64,000 nucleotides of DNA, from NCBI GenBank assembly GCA_043797615.1, contig JAZDPK010000035.1, positions 3,523 through 67,522 on the forward strand. Direction: 5' to 3'. Every line of letters begins with the position of its first letter. The first letter of the stretch is position 1. Below are positions 20,863 through 31,206 of the stretch, piece by piece. The notes below the pieces were generated by a model that saw nothing but the letters and a program-made list of their open reading frames with translations, had not been told where the DNA came from and searched no databases. The position numbers were made by a program, and so were the translations under genes. The DNA is from Parcubacteria group bacterium. Lineage in GTDB: Bacteria > Patescibacteriota > Patescibacteriia > UBA11705 > JABHMO01.

Positions 20863-21549
20863 ATGGACATCATCGCGGTTTACAAGCCGAAAGGCCCGAC
20901 CTCGCACGACATGATCGACAAGATAAGGCGGATAACCGGCGTCAAGCGCGTCGGACACGCCGGCACGCTGGATCCTTTGGCCAGCGGCGTTTTAGTTGTG
21001 GGAATAGGCAGAGAGGCGACGCGAACGCTCGATGCGGAAGTTAAGAAGGAAAAAGAATATATTGCGACGATCAAATTCGGCGAGACCAGCGAAACGGACG
21101 ATGAGGAAGGTATCTTGATGGCTAAACACGGAATTTATTCCGTGCCTTCCGAAGATTATCCTACATCGTCGCAGATCGAAACCACAATGAAAAAATTCAT
21201 CGGTGAAATATCGCAAATACCGCCGGCGTACAGCGCGTTGAAAATAAAAGGAACGCCCGCGTACAAATTGGCGCGGAGCGGCAAAAAAGTAAATTTGGAA
21301 CCGCGAAAAGTCTTTATCAAAGAAATTGAAATTCTGAAATACGAATGGCCGTTATTGAAAATAAAAGTCGTTTGCGGGCCGGGCGTTTATATTCGCTCGC
21401 TGGCAAGAGACATTGGCGAAGCGCTCGGCGTCGGCGGCTACATGTCCGCGTTGGAACGGACGCGGGTGGGGGATTTTACCGTTGAACAGGCGATTGATTT
21501 GGATAAGGAGCCAGCGAAAATATTAAAAATGTTGAAAAATAAAAATTAA
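20863..21549 (+). CDS. truB: tRNA pseudouridine55 synthase
   Basis: KPKGPTSHD, GHAGTLDPLASGVL, QIPPAYSALK, G.YIRSLARD. Confidence 0.95.
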   Translation: MDIIAVYKPKGPTSHDMIDKIRRITGVKRVGHAGTLDPLASGVLVVGIGREATRTLDAEVKKEKEYIATIKFGETSETDDEEGILMAKHGIYSVPSEDYPTSSQIETTMKKFIGEISQIPPAYSALKIKGTPAYKLARSGKKVNLEPRKVFIKEIEILKYEWPLLKIKVVCGPGVYIRSLARDIGEALGVGGYMSALERTRVGDFTVEQAIDLDKEPAKILKMLKNKN

Positions 21550-21570
21550 ACAACGAACAGATATTTTTTT

Positions 21571-22194
21571 ATGTTCAATATAATTACCTTTTACCGGCAC
21601 CTTAAGTATTGCCCGCATCCGTCGAAATTGGAATACAAATGCCGGAAGCTGGTGATGGGCGGCGCCAACCAAGCACTGTACATTTTCAACGATAAGGATG
21701 TCCGCCGGCTGCTGAATTTCGATAAAGTCGACACCGAAGAGCAAAATCGTTTTTTTAATGAATTTACAGTCACCAATATCGTTTTACTGATGCTGATATT
21801 GGAGTACAAGATTGCGGGCGCGGAAGACGATTTGCGCAAAGAATATCTGCAAGCGCTGAAAGCGCATGTCCCGAAGTATTATATCGGCATGCTGGCGCGG
21901 TTCGGGATTGAAAAACAATATATAGATGATTGGGAAAAGCTGATCGGATTGCGCTATGAAGAGTATGACGATGAAATATTGGAATGGCGGCGAGAGATAA
22001 TGAACGAAGAAAACGCACCCGAAGCGCTGCAAAAAATCGCGTCGGAGAAAGCCCTGCTTATTTTTCAGGCGGTTTCTTTCGGCTTATATCGCCATTTGCG
22101 GCGCAGTAAAGTCGAGCCGCAGGACAGACTGTATATTCGCGTGCAGGATTATCTTTCGCCGATTTTCAAGGAGTTGATGTTGAAAAGCGGATGA
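21571..22194 (+). CDS. Hypothetical protein
   Basis: 207-aa ORF with host-like codon usage, directly after truB. Confidence 0.6.
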   Translation: MFNIITFYRHLKYCPHPSKLEYKCRKLVMGGANQALYIFNDKDVRRLLNFDKVDTEEQNRFFNEFTVTNIVLLMLILEYKIAGAEDDLRKEYLQALKAHVPKYYIGMLARFGIEKQYIDDWEKLIGLRYEEYDDEILEWRREIMNEENAPEALQKIASEKALLIFQAVSFGLYRHLRRSKVEPQDRLYIRVQDYLSPIFKELMLKSG

Positions 22195-22396
22195 AGTTTA
22201 AAAAGCATTACCATGATGTGTTTACCCTGAACTTGAGTGAAGCGAATAGTTCAGGGAAGCATGGAAGTGTTTTTTAAAAATGTTCATGGTATCTATCATG
22301 GACTTTTAATTATAATAGTTCCATGGTTCTTACTATGGAACTGTTTTTTGTATGCAAAAATGTATATGGTACTTATCATATACATTTTGAATAAAA

Positions 22397-23653
22397 TTAT
22401 ATTTTTCTCGTCTGTCTTTGATATTTAATCGCAAACCGATGCGCTTCGTCGCGGACATTGATCAATAATGTTTGATTTTTGTCGATCCAATCCGCCAGCT
22501 TTTTGTTTTTCGGAATAATAAATTCGTTTTTTTTGCGCTCCGGCCCTTTGGCGATGCCGACGACCGGAATGTTTAAATTACGGCCGTTTAATACCGATTT
22601 GATGGTGTTAACTTGGGGAACTCCGCCGTCGATAAGAAACAATTCGGGCAAAGGCCATTCCTGATGGTTTAATCTGCGCTCGAGCATTTCTTTCAGGCAG
22701 TCGACGTCGCTTTGACCGAGCACTTTTCTGATGCGGAATTTGCGGTAATCAGAATTCGACGGAAAGCCGTTTTTAAATACGACCATCGCCCCGACTTTGT
22801 TTGTCGGACCGAGATTGGAAATATCGTAGCCTTCAATATTGGAAATGGGAGGTGAGAGATGAGAGGTAAGAGAATCCTTATGAAATGTTTTATTCAGAAT
22901 AGCGACATCATGAATTTTTTTCAGATTTGAAATTTGCCCGTATAATCGGCCGGCTTCTTCGAAATTTTCTTTTTTCGATTCAAGGCGCATGAGTTTTTCC
23001 AATTGCTTGATCAGAATTTTTTTCTTGCCTTTTAAAAACAGAACCATCGGATTAAGCACTTTCTTTTTATACTCTTTTGAATTCATTTCGCCGGTGCAGA
23101 CGCCCAAACATTGATTAAGCTGGTAATAAAAACATGGCTTGTCTTGATCCGGCTCGCACGTTGAATAATTGAACAGCCGGCGCAGCAGTTTCAGCGTCGC
23201 CATCGTGTTTAAACCCGGAAAAGGGCCGAAAGCGTGCAGAATTCTTTTTCGTTGCGCGTCGGTCAGGCGGTTGAAGTCGTGCTGGCGCATTGAATACGGA
23301 TGGGGGAACGCGCCTTTGTCGATCACGATGTAATTCCAGCTTTTGTCGTCTTTGCCAAGCACGTTGTATTTCGGTTGAAAGCGTTTGATGTAGCTCGCTT
23401 CCAGAATAATCGCTTCGAGCGCGGAATCCGTTACAATCCATTTGATGTCCTTGACTTGATGGATCATTTCTTCGACAGGTCTTTCCGGTTTGTCAGACTG
23501 AGGTGCGACGACCGAAGGGCGGAGCCTCGAAGTCTTCCCATTAAAATAACTGCTAACTCGAGATTTCAAGTTTGTCGCTTTGCCGACGTAAATAAGACCT
23601 CTGTTAATATTGTAAAAGAGGTAAATGCCGGGTTTATTGGGAATATTTTTCAT
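22397..23653 (-). CDS. uvrC: Excinuclease ABC subunit C (short form)
   Basis: PGIY...YVGKA..L..RV.SYF, UVR domain, IEGYDISN, LIDGG, RDEAHRFA; no C-terminal HhH. Confidence 0.92.
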   Translation of the reverse strand: MKNIPNKPGIYLFYNINRGLIYVGKATNLKSRVSSYFNGKTSRLRPSVVAPQSDKPERPVEEMIHQVKDIKWIVTDSALEAIILEASYIKRFQPKYNVLGKDDKSWNYIVIDKGAFPHPYSMRQHDFNRLTDAQRKRILHAFGPFPGLNTMATLKLLRRLFNYSTCEPDQDKPCFYYQLNQCLGVCTGEMNSKEYKKKVLNPMVLFLKGKKKILIKQLEKLMRLESKKENFEEAGRLYGQISNLKKIHDVAILNKTFHKDSLTSHLSPPISNIEGYDISNLGPTNKVGAMVVFKNGFPSNSDYRKFRIRKVLGQSDVDCLKEMLERRLNHQEWPLPELFLIDGGVPQVNTIKSVLNGRNLNIPVVGIAKGPERKKNEFIIPKNKKLADWIDKNQTLLINVRDEAHRFAIKYQRQTRKI

Positions 23654-23745
23654 AATTAATATATCACGAAAAAGAACGAATTATCGCGAAAAATCACGAA
23701 TTACTTTAGATAATTTTGTCATGGCGAATTAGTGTGAATTCGTGT

Positions 23746-26415
23746 TTATTCGTGTGTTTCGTGAAGTGCTTTTTTAAGGTATCTTCCCGTCCAACTCGCT
23801 TTCACCCTGCTGACGTCTTCCGGCGTGCCGTATGCGATGATTTGGCCGCCGTTTTCGCCGCCTTCCGGACCCAGATCGATGATCCAGTCGCTGCACTTAA
23901 TGATATCGAGATTATGTTCGATTACCATGACCGTGTTGCCTTGCGAAACCAAACGCTGGATGACTGCCATAAGTTTTTTGATGTCGTCGTAATGCAAACC
24001 GGTGCTTGGTTCGTCCAGCATGTAAAGGGTTTTGGTCGTGCCGCGTTTGGCCAGTTCGCGGCTTAATTTCAATCTTTGCGATTCGCCGCCTGACAATGTT
24101 TTTGAAGATTGGCCTAATGTTAAATATTCCATGCCCACTTCGTTCAGCACTTTCAATTTGTCATGGATAAACGGAATATCTTTGAAAAATTTTTCCGCGT
24201 CTTCGATCGTCATTTCCAATATGTCGGAAATATTTTTATGTTTGTAATGCACTTGCAGAGTTTCTTTGTTGTATCTTTTTCCTTTGCAAACGTCGCATTT
24301 TATTTCAACGCTTGGCATGAAATGCATTTCGATTTCCAATGTGCCGCGGCCTTCGCAGTTCTCGCAGCGTCCGCCTGCCTGCCGGCCAGGCAGGCCCGGC
24401 CGATTGAAGCTGAACCGGCTGGCTTTGTAGCCGCGGATGCGCGCTTCTTCGGTCGAGGCGAATATTTCGCGAATATAATCGAACGCTTTCGTATATGTGG
24501 CCGGATTCGAGCGGGGAGAGCGGCCGATCGGGCTTTGGTCGATTTTGATTATTTTATCGATCAGTTCCGCGCCTTTAATTGAATCGTAATTTTTGTCAGC
24601 CAGATTGCGGCGGTCTTTCTTGTCGATGATCGCTTTGTACAGCACGTCGTGCATAAGCGTTGACTTGCCCGATCCGGAAACGCCGGTCAAGCAAACCAAA
24701 CGGCGGGTGGGAATTTCCACGCTTATGTTTTTCAAATTGTTTTCTTTTGCGCCTTTAATCTCGATTTTTAACGTGTTTTTATCCACTTTGCGTCGAGTTT
24801 TCGGCAATTCGATGTTAACTTCATGCCGCAAGTATTGTCCGGTCAAAGATGTTTTCGGATCGCCGGCGATTTCGCAGTCCATCGCTTTCGCTTGAACAAC
24901 TTTAGTGTTCAAAATGTTGGCAACCGGGCCGGAAAAAATTATTTTTCCGCCGTGAATTCCGGCCGCCGGCCCGATATCAACCAGCCAGTCGCTCGCCAGA
25001 ATGGTATTTTCATCGTGTTCAACAACGATTATCGTGTTTCCGATATCGCATAAATTGCGCAATGTTTTGATCAGCTGTTCATTGTCTTTTTGATGCAGAC
25101 CGATTGTCGGTTCGTCGAGAACATAGAGAGCGCCGACCAAGCGCGTGCCGACTTGCGACGCCAAGCGGATTCTCTGCGCTTCGCCGTTGGACATCGTGCC
25201 TGCTCTTCGATTCAAATTCAAATAATGCAGGCCGACGTTGAGCATGAAAAGCAATCTATTCTGAATTTCGCCCAGAATAACCTCGGTGATTTCCAATTCT
25301 TTCGGGGTTATTTTTGCCAAAAAATCGTTGAAAAAATCAATCGCTTTGGACACCGGCAATTCGGTTATCTGCCAAATGTTTTTATCGTTTACTTTAACGC
25401 TTAGCACGTCGTTGTTTAAGCGCTTGCCATGGCATTTTGGACAGACTTCATCGGAAAATAATTCTTTTGTGCCCAGACCGAAGCAATAATCGCAATAACC
25501 GTACGGACTGTTGAAACTGAAAAGCCGCGGTTCGATTTCCGGAAAGCTGTAGCCGTCGTTCGGGCAGGAATATTCCGTGCTGAAGATTTTTTCTTTTTTG
25601 TCCGGATAAACAACGGTGGCCAGGCCGTTCGCCAGCTCGATCGAATTTTCCAACGCTTCGGTCAGGCGCTGTCGAAATCCTTTATTGTCATTTAAATTCA
25701 TTGGATGCAAAAGCTGGATTTTGTCGATCACGATTTCTATCGTGTGTTTTTTGTTTTTATCGATGACAACGCGGTTTTTCAAGCTGTGCATTTTTCCGTC
25801 GATGCGCGCTTCCAGATAGCCGCTGTTATACGTGTCATATAGCATTTGGTAATATTCGCCTTTGCGGCCGCGGACGATCGGGCTTAAGACGATTAATTCC
25901 GCAGCATCTCTTGCCGGCCGACTTGTCTGCCGTAGTTTTAACGAAGGCAGGAGCGTTTGCGAAGGCTGGTTCTTTTGAGTTAAAATGTTTTCCATAACGC
26001 GTTCGACCATTTCGTCGATCGTTGTTTTTTCCAGCAGCTCGTCGCAAACAGGGCAGTGCGGCTTGCCGATTTTCGCGAACAACACGCGCATGTAATCGTA
26101 GATTTCCGTGATTGTGGCGACGGTCGAGCGGGGATTGGAAGAATGCGCTTTTTGGTCGATTGAAATGGCGGGCGACAATCCGGTGATGTCGTCGACGTTC
26201 GGCTTCTGCATGCCGCCGAGGAATTGCCGCGCGTAGGCGGACAAGCTTTCGATGTATCGGCGTTGCCCTTCGGCGAAGATCGTGTCGAACGCCAAACTTG
26301 ATTTTCCCGAGCCGGAAACGCCGGTGAACACCACCATTTTGTTCCGCGGAATTTCCAGATTGATGTTTTTCAGATTATGCTCGTGGGCGTTTTTGATTGT
26401 GATTTTATTTTCCAT
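23746..26415 (-). CDS. uvrA: Excinuclease ABC subunit A
   Basis: Two GVSGSGKS Walker A motifs, zinc fingers, LDEP motifs. Confidence 0.97.
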   Translation of the reverse strand: MENKITIKNAHEHNLKNINLEIPRNKMVVFTGVSGSGKSSLAFDTIFAEGQRRYIESLSAYARQFLGGMQKPNVDDITGLSPAISIDQKAHSSNPRSTVATITEIYDYMRVLFAKIGKPHCPVCDELLEKTTIDEMVERVMENILTQKNQPSQTLLPSLKLRQTSRPARDAAELIVLSPIVRGRKGEYYQMLYDTYNSGYLEARIDGKMHSLKNRVVIDKNKKHTIEIVIDKIQLLHPMNLNDNKGFRQRLTEALENSIELANGLATVVYPDKKEKIFSTEYSCPNDGYSFPEIEPRLFSFNSPYGYCDYCFGLGTKELFSDEVCPKCHGKRLNNDVLSVKVNDKNIWQITELPVSKAIDFFNDFLAKITPKELEITEVILGEIQNRLLFMLNVGLHYLNLNRRAGTMSNGEAQRIRLASQVGTRLVGALYVLDEPTIGLHQKDNEQLIKTLRNLCDIGNTIIVVEHDENTILASDWLVDIGPAAGIHGGKIIFSGPVANILNTKVVQAKAMDCEIAGDPKTSLTGQYLRHEVNIELPKTRRKVDKNTLKIEIKGAKENNLKNISVEIPTRRLVCLTGVSGSGKSTLMHDVLYKAIIDKKDRRNLADKNYDSIKGAELIDKIIKIDQSPIGRSPRSNPATYTKAFDYIREIFASTEEARIRGYKASRFSFNRPGLPGRQAGGRCENCEGRGTLEIEMHFMPSVEIKCDVCKGKRYNKETLQVHYKHKNISDILEMTIEDAEKFFKDIPFIHDKLKVLNEVGMEYLTLGQSSKTLSGGESQRLKLSRELAKRGTTKTLYMLDEPSTGLHYDDIKKLMAVIQRLVSQGNTVMVIEHNLDIIKCSDWIIDLGPEGGENGGQIIAYGTPEDVSRVKASWTGRYLKKALHETHE

Positions 26416-26780
26416 ATGGGGAACGGATTCTGCGGATAAATGCGGATTCTGCGGAGAGACTTATCCGTTCTTATCCGCTGTTATCAGCTAAATCCGCGTT
26501 TTAACTATAAAATCCCCATGCAAAGCGTTATGCTTAGGGGTATGTTAATAATTGTAGAGTTGTTGAATTGAATTGTAATGAATTTTTTCGGGAATGTCAA
26601 TGAAGATGTTTATTCAAGAGAATACCTCGCAGCTCTGCTGCGGGGTAGTTCATTGTTATAAATAGCATACAAATAGTCGCGCTTGACAGGATTATTTAAG
26701 CGTGATACAATGCGAAATCACCGGTTCTTAAACAATTTTAATAGAAAAACCCTAAATTCATGGAAAAGGAGGGAAATCCC

Positions 26781-27560
26781 ATGAAAAAGATTGGTTTAAT
26801 CCGGCAAATCCATTCTGTTTTGTTTGATTTTGATGAATTGCTTTCCGAGTCGCGCAAGTTTCATGCGGATCATAAAGTGGATTGGGTGCGATTTCCGGAT
26901 AAAGTCGGCGTTGATCAAAAGACTGCCGACGCGATCAAGCGTCTGTATGATGAAACCGGCTGGAAGTTCGCGCGCATTTTTCCCGATGCCTTGGTTGGCC
27001 GTCCAAAAGTAAAAAATGGCCGGCTTATCCAACCGGCCGCGCATTATCCGGAATTTCACCGGCTGATGAGCGCCGGATACAATGGAACTTGGCAGTCGGA
27101 TAATTACAAAGAAGACGGCGGATTCGGCGGAAGCAATGATGAGCGCCGCGGATTGCGTTTGGTCATTACGGGCGAAAGTCAGGAGCTGAGTGGTGATCCG
27201 CTCTATAAACAGACGATCGGTCTTTCGGCTGATCAATTGACAGCTAAAGACAACATGCTGGCGCAATGGAAAAACAAGAAAAAGATTGCGCTGGGCGGAC
27301 TGTCCGAGTCCGAATATCTGTATTTTCAGCGCGTGTTTTTCGAAGAAACCGGCAAGCACTGGGACGTGAATTACTGGACTTGGCTTTTCGGCAGCCGGCG
27401 GTCGGCCTCTGCTTGCGCTACGGCTGGCAAGCCCGTCTCCGGCCGCGTTTCCTTTGGTTTTTGGTTTGCTTCGCACCTTGAGTTCTATTCCAGTGGCCAG
27501 GACTATCATTGTGGCAATCTCGGTTGCCGCCTCGCCGGTAGTTTTGTTTTAAAACAGTAG
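26781..27560 (+). CDS. Putative C-type-lectin-fold DGR target protein
   Basis: C-terminal WTW...SGRV...W........LGCRL signature with NNY-biased codons; GGAGG RBS before the ATG at 26781. Confidence 0.55.
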   Translation: MKKIGLIRQIHSVLFDFDELLSESRKFHADHKVDWVRFPDKVGVDQKTADAIKRLYDETGWKFARIFPDALVGRPKVKNGRLIQPAAHYPEFHRLMSAGYNGTWQSDNYKEDGGFGGSNDERRGLRLVITGESQELSGDPLYKQTIGLSADQLTAKDNMLAQWKNKKKIALGGLSESEYLYFQRVFFEETGKHWDVNYWTWLFGSRRSASACATAGKPVSGRVSFGFWFASHLEFYSSGQDYHCGNLGCRLAGSFVLKQ

Positions 27561-27628
27561 CTTGATATTTGAAAATTTGGTATTTGATTTGATTTCTATT
27601 TTGAATTTGGTATTTTTCCCTGTTTTTT

Positions 27629-29767
27629 CTAAAAGCCGTTCGGCGCAACACCGGGCGGCTTTTTTATTTGTCCGAAAAATTGAGCGAAATTATTTTCTGT
27701 TTGTTTTTTCCTTTCCGCCATTTCTTTTTTCAATTCTCTTACCTCATCTCTTAAAATCGCCGCCAATTCAAATTCCAGCTTCTTCGCCGCGTCGCGCATT
27801 TGTTGTTCCTTGTCTTTGATAATAACATCCAGAGGCCGTCCGTCGCCCAGGATATCAAGTTGCGCAGTTGTTCTTTTGTTTTTTTGATTTTTTGATTTCT
27901 TGTTTTCTTGCTTCAGCGTCAATCCAAAGTCCTTTAAGATATTCCGGATCGTTTTCTCAATCGTCTTCGGCGTAATGCCGTGTTTTTTATTGTACGCCAA
28001 TTGGATTTTGCGGCGGCGGTTGGTTTCGCTAAGCGCGCGCTTGATCGAGCCGGTCATTTGATCGGCGTAAATCAAAACTTTGCCGTTGACGTTTCTGGCG
28101 GCGCGGCCGATTGTTTGAATCAAACTTGTTTCGCTGCGCAGGAATCCTTCCTTGTCGCCGTCAAGAATCGCGACCAGCGAAACCTCGGGCATGTCGAGTC
28201 CTTCGCGCAATAAATTCACGCCGACAAGAACATCATACTTGCCGGTGCGCAAGTCGTTGATGATTTGAATGCGTTCCAGCGTTTGCACGTCGCTGTGCAG
28301 GTAAGCGACCTTGATCTTTTTTTCCTTAAGATATTCCGATAAATCCTCGGCCATGCGTTTTGTTAAGGTCGTGACCAAAGTCCGTTCGTGATTTTTAATT
28401 TGTTGATCAATCCTTTGGATTAGATCCTCAATTTGAGACTGACTATTGTGAGTCGGCACATCATTAATGATGTGCTTACTATTTCCGGTAATCGGCTTAA
28501 TAATAATTTCCGGATCGATCAATCCCGTCGGCCTGACGATCTGCTCGACGATTTGTTCGCTTTTTTGCGTTTCATAATCCGCCGGCGTGGCTGAAGTGTA
28601 GATCGTTTGTTTTGTCCGAAGTTCGAATTCGTCGAAAGTGAGCGGCCGGTTGTCGAACGCGCTCGGCAAGCGGAATCCGTGCTCGATCAAAACGCTTTTG
28701 CGCGCTTTGTCGCCATTGTACATGGCGCGGATCTGCGGCAGAGTGGCGTGCGATTCGTCGATCACGGTTAAAAAGTCTTTCGAGCTTTCTTTAAAATAAT
28801 CCAGCAATGAAAATGGCGGCTCGCCAACGTTTCTGCCGTCGAAATGGCGCGAATAATTTTCTATACCGCTGCAATAGCCCACGTTCTCGATCATTTCCAA
28901 ATCGTATTTCACGCGCCGCTCCAAGCGCTCGTGTTCCAGCGGCAGATTTTTATCTTTGAAATATTTCAACCGTTCTTTCAATTCCGCTCTGATCGATTTG
29001 AACGCCGCGTCCCTGGTTTCTTCGCCGACAACGTAATGGCGGGCGGGGAAAATCCAGACGTCGCTTGTTTCTTCGATGGATTTCATGGTCACCGGATCGA
29101 TTTTTTCAATTGAATCGATTTGTTCGGAAATTTCAAAGCGGTAAATATTATCCTCATTCACCGGCATGATGTCGAAGATCTGTCCGTGCAATCTGAACTT
29201 TCCGCGCGTTAAATCGGAATTTGTGCGGTTAAATTGCATTTCGATCAGCTGCTCGGTTAAAGCGCGCCGATCCAGTTTCTGCCCTTTGGTCAAATGCAAA
29301 ACGATTTTTTCGTATTCTTTCGGCGAGCCCAAACCGTAGATCGCGGACACGGACGCGACGATGATCACGTCTTTTCTTGTTAACAGAGCTTGCGTGCAGG
29401 CGTGGCGCAGGCGGTCGATTTCTTCGTTGATCTGCGATTCTTTCTCGATATAAGTGTCGGTGTGCGGCAGATACGCTTCCGGCTGGTAATAATCGTAATA
29501 GCTGACGAAATATTCCACCGCGTTGGCCGGAAAAAATTCGCGGAATTCGTTGCACAGTTGCGCTGCCAGCGTTTTGTTGTGGGCGATGACGAGCGTGGGC
29601 TTTTGAAATTTTTCAATGACATTCGCAATCGTAAAAGTCTTGCCCGAGCCGGTAACGCCGAGCAATGTTTGTTTTTCCAAACCACGCTCAAGTCCGGCGA
29701 ATAATTTTTCAATCGCTTGGGGTTGATCGCCGGCGGGGTTGTAGTTTGATTTTAGTTTGAAGTTCAT
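27629..29767 (-). CDS. uvrB: Excinuclease ABC subunit B
   Basis: GDQP.AI, GVTGSGKT, YYDYYQPEAY, DESH, LLREGLD, QTIGRAARN. Confidence 0.97.
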   Translation of the reverse strand: MNFKLKSNYNPAGDQPQAIEKLFAGLERGLEKQTLLGVTGSGKTFTIANVIEKFQKPTLVIAHNKTLAAQLCNEFREFFPANAVEYFVSYYDYYQPEAYLPHTDTYIEKESQINEEIDRLRHACTQALLTRKDVIIVASVSAIYGLGSPKEYEKIVLHLTKGQKLDRRALTEQLIEMQFNRTNSDLTRGKFRLHGQIFDIMPVNEDNIYRFEISEQIDSIEKIDPVTMKSIEETSDVWIFPARHYVVGEETRDAAFKSIRAELKERLKYFKDKNLPLEHERLERRVKYDLEMIENVGYCSGIENYSRHFDGRNVGEPPFSLLDYFKESSKDFLTVIDESHATLPQIRAMYNGDKARKSVLIEHGFRLPSAFDNRPLTFDEFELRTKQTIYTSATPADYETQKSEQIVEQIVRPTGLIDPEIIIKPITGNSKHIINDVPTHNSQSQIEDLIQRIDQQIKNHERTLVTTLTKRMAEDLSEYLKEKKIKVAYLHSDVQTLERIQIINDLRTGKYDVLVGVNLLREGLDMPEVSLVAILDGDKEGFLRSETSLIQTIGRAARNVNGKVLIYADQMTGSIKRALSETNRRRKIQLAYNKKHGITPKTIEKTIRNILKDFGLTLKQENKKSKNQKNKRTTAQLDILGDGRPLDVIIKDKEQQMRDAAKKLEFELAAILRDEVRELKKEMAERKKQTENNFAQFFGQIKKPPGVAPNGF

Positions 29768-29908
29768 ATCCTTACGCTGTCATTGCGAGGAGCTTCAACG
29801 ACGAAGCAATCTGCATTGACAGCGGTAATAGTATAGTAATCGTACCCGATTGCTCTTAATTTTTCAAGTATAATAACAAAAAATCACCGAAATATATCGT
29901 TGATTTTA

Positions 29909-30009
29909 TGGTGGGCCGGGATGGATTCGAACCATCGAAGGCGCAAGGCCAGCAGATTTATGCCGCTTCAAGCGGCACCCCGCAGAATGCGGTGGCAGTC
30001 TGCCCCGTT
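29909..30009 (-). pseudogene. 5'-truncated tRNA-Tyr with a 35-nt insertion in the anticodon
   Basis: Minus strand reads AACGGGGCAGACTG-[35 nt, 29961-29995]-TAAATCTGC...GGTTCGAATCC...CCCACCA; the 5' acceptor strand and most of the D-arm are absent. Confidence 0.8.
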
Positions 30010-30256
30010 ATTTGATTCCATTGACTAATTTTTTGAACGCTTCGCCGCCTTTATATGATTTGATTTGCATCTCGCGCTTATAAGCTTCATTTTTAGTCCC
30101 AAAATTTTCAGTATACACAACATGCCATGGTCTGCCGGTTTTTGTTGAGCGAACTTCGCCGCTATTATGTTGTTTTAACCTGTTTGCCAAATTTTCCGTG
30201 TGTCCTGTGTAATATTTTTTGTTAATTTCACTTTGTTGAATATAAACTGTATACAT
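30008..30256 (-). CDS. Small stand-alone GIY-YIG nuclease
   Basis: VYI...YYTGHT.NL..RL.QHN.G....TK..RPW...E...A..RE..IK. Confidence 0.9.
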   Translation of the reverse strand: MYTVYIQQSEINKKYYTGHTENLANRLKQHNSGEVRSTKTGRPWHVVYTENFGTKNEAYKREMQIKSYKGGEAFKKLVNGIK

Positions 30257-30265
30257 TGATTTTTA

Positions 30266-30351
30266 TGGTGGGCAGTGTAGGATTTGCACCTACGAAGGCC
30301 GGAGCCAACAGATTTACAGTCTGTCCCGTTTGACTACTTCGGTAACTGCCC
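30266..30351 (-). tRNA. tRNA-Tyr(GTA)
   Basis: GGGCAGT/ACTGCCC acceptor stem, CTGTAAA loop, long variable arm, encoded CCA; atypical T-loop TGCAAAT. Confidence 0.88.
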
Positions 30352-30555
30352 ATGATTAAAGTGCAAAATACAAAATTAAATTAAATTGAGCAATTGCATT
30401 ATATCAGCAAATTAATTTCAATGCAAGTCGCCGAATTTCGTGTTATGATGTTAATTGCTTTTAATGAATGGCTAAAATTAAACGTTTAACGAGAAAAATT
30501 GTAATATTTTCTAATTTTCACGTTATAATAGCAGAGGGGTTATTAACCAATCATT

Positions 30556-31110
30556 ATGTTTAACGAGAAAAAACTGATCGCTAAAGCCAAACACGACAAA
30601 GAATCGTTCCTGGCGCTGTACAATATTTATTATCCGAAAATATACGCCTATGTTTTAGCGCGCGCTAAAAACAGGGAACTGGCGGAAGATATTTTGCAGG
30701 ATACTTTCATTAAAGCTCTGCAGGCGCTGAAAAATTACGAATACACCGGCAAATCATTCGGCGCGTGGCTTTTTCGCATCGCGACGAACAAGCTGAAAGA
30801 CCACTGGCGCGCCGGCAACAAGACCGTGAGCTATGCCGACGGCGAAGAGTTGGAATTAAAGTCGGGTGCGGTCAATTCAACTGAACAAATATTTGTCGAC
30901 GAAGAAAATTTGCAATTGCAAAACGAACAACAGCGGAAATTGTTCGCCGGTTTAAACAAGCTGTCGCCGGAAGAAAAAGAATTGATCACTTTAAAATATT
31001 TTTCCAAGCTCGCGTACAAAGACGTCGCCGCAATTTATAAAATAACCCCCGGCCACGTGGCTGTGCGCTTGCATAGAGTTTTAAATAAGTTAAAAAAAAC
31101 AATAATTTAG
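30556..31110 (+). CDS. ECF sigma-70 factor
   Basis: AEDILQDTFIKA, F.AWLFRIA.N, region-4 HTH. Confidence 0.9.
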   Translation: MFNEKKLIAKAKHDKESFLALYNIYYPKIYAYVLARAKNRELAEDILQDTFIKALQALKNYEYTGKSFGAWLFRIATNKLKDHWRAGNKTVSYADGEELELKSGAVNSTEQIFVDEENLQLQNEQQRKLFAGLNKLSPEEKELITLKYFSKLAYKDVAAIYKITPGHVAVRLHRVLNKLKKTII

Positions 31111-31206
31111 GAATGCAAAATGTGATAAATGGGATAAATGAGATTGGCTTGGTAATTTTGTCTATACAATCGCGTTTATCTCGTTTATCCCGTCTTTACA
31201 AATCAT

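Noticed and set aside
29961-29995. Spliceable tRNA intron
   Set aside because: Too short for a group I or II intron, no clear bulge-helix-bulge, and the host tRNA lacks its 5' part.
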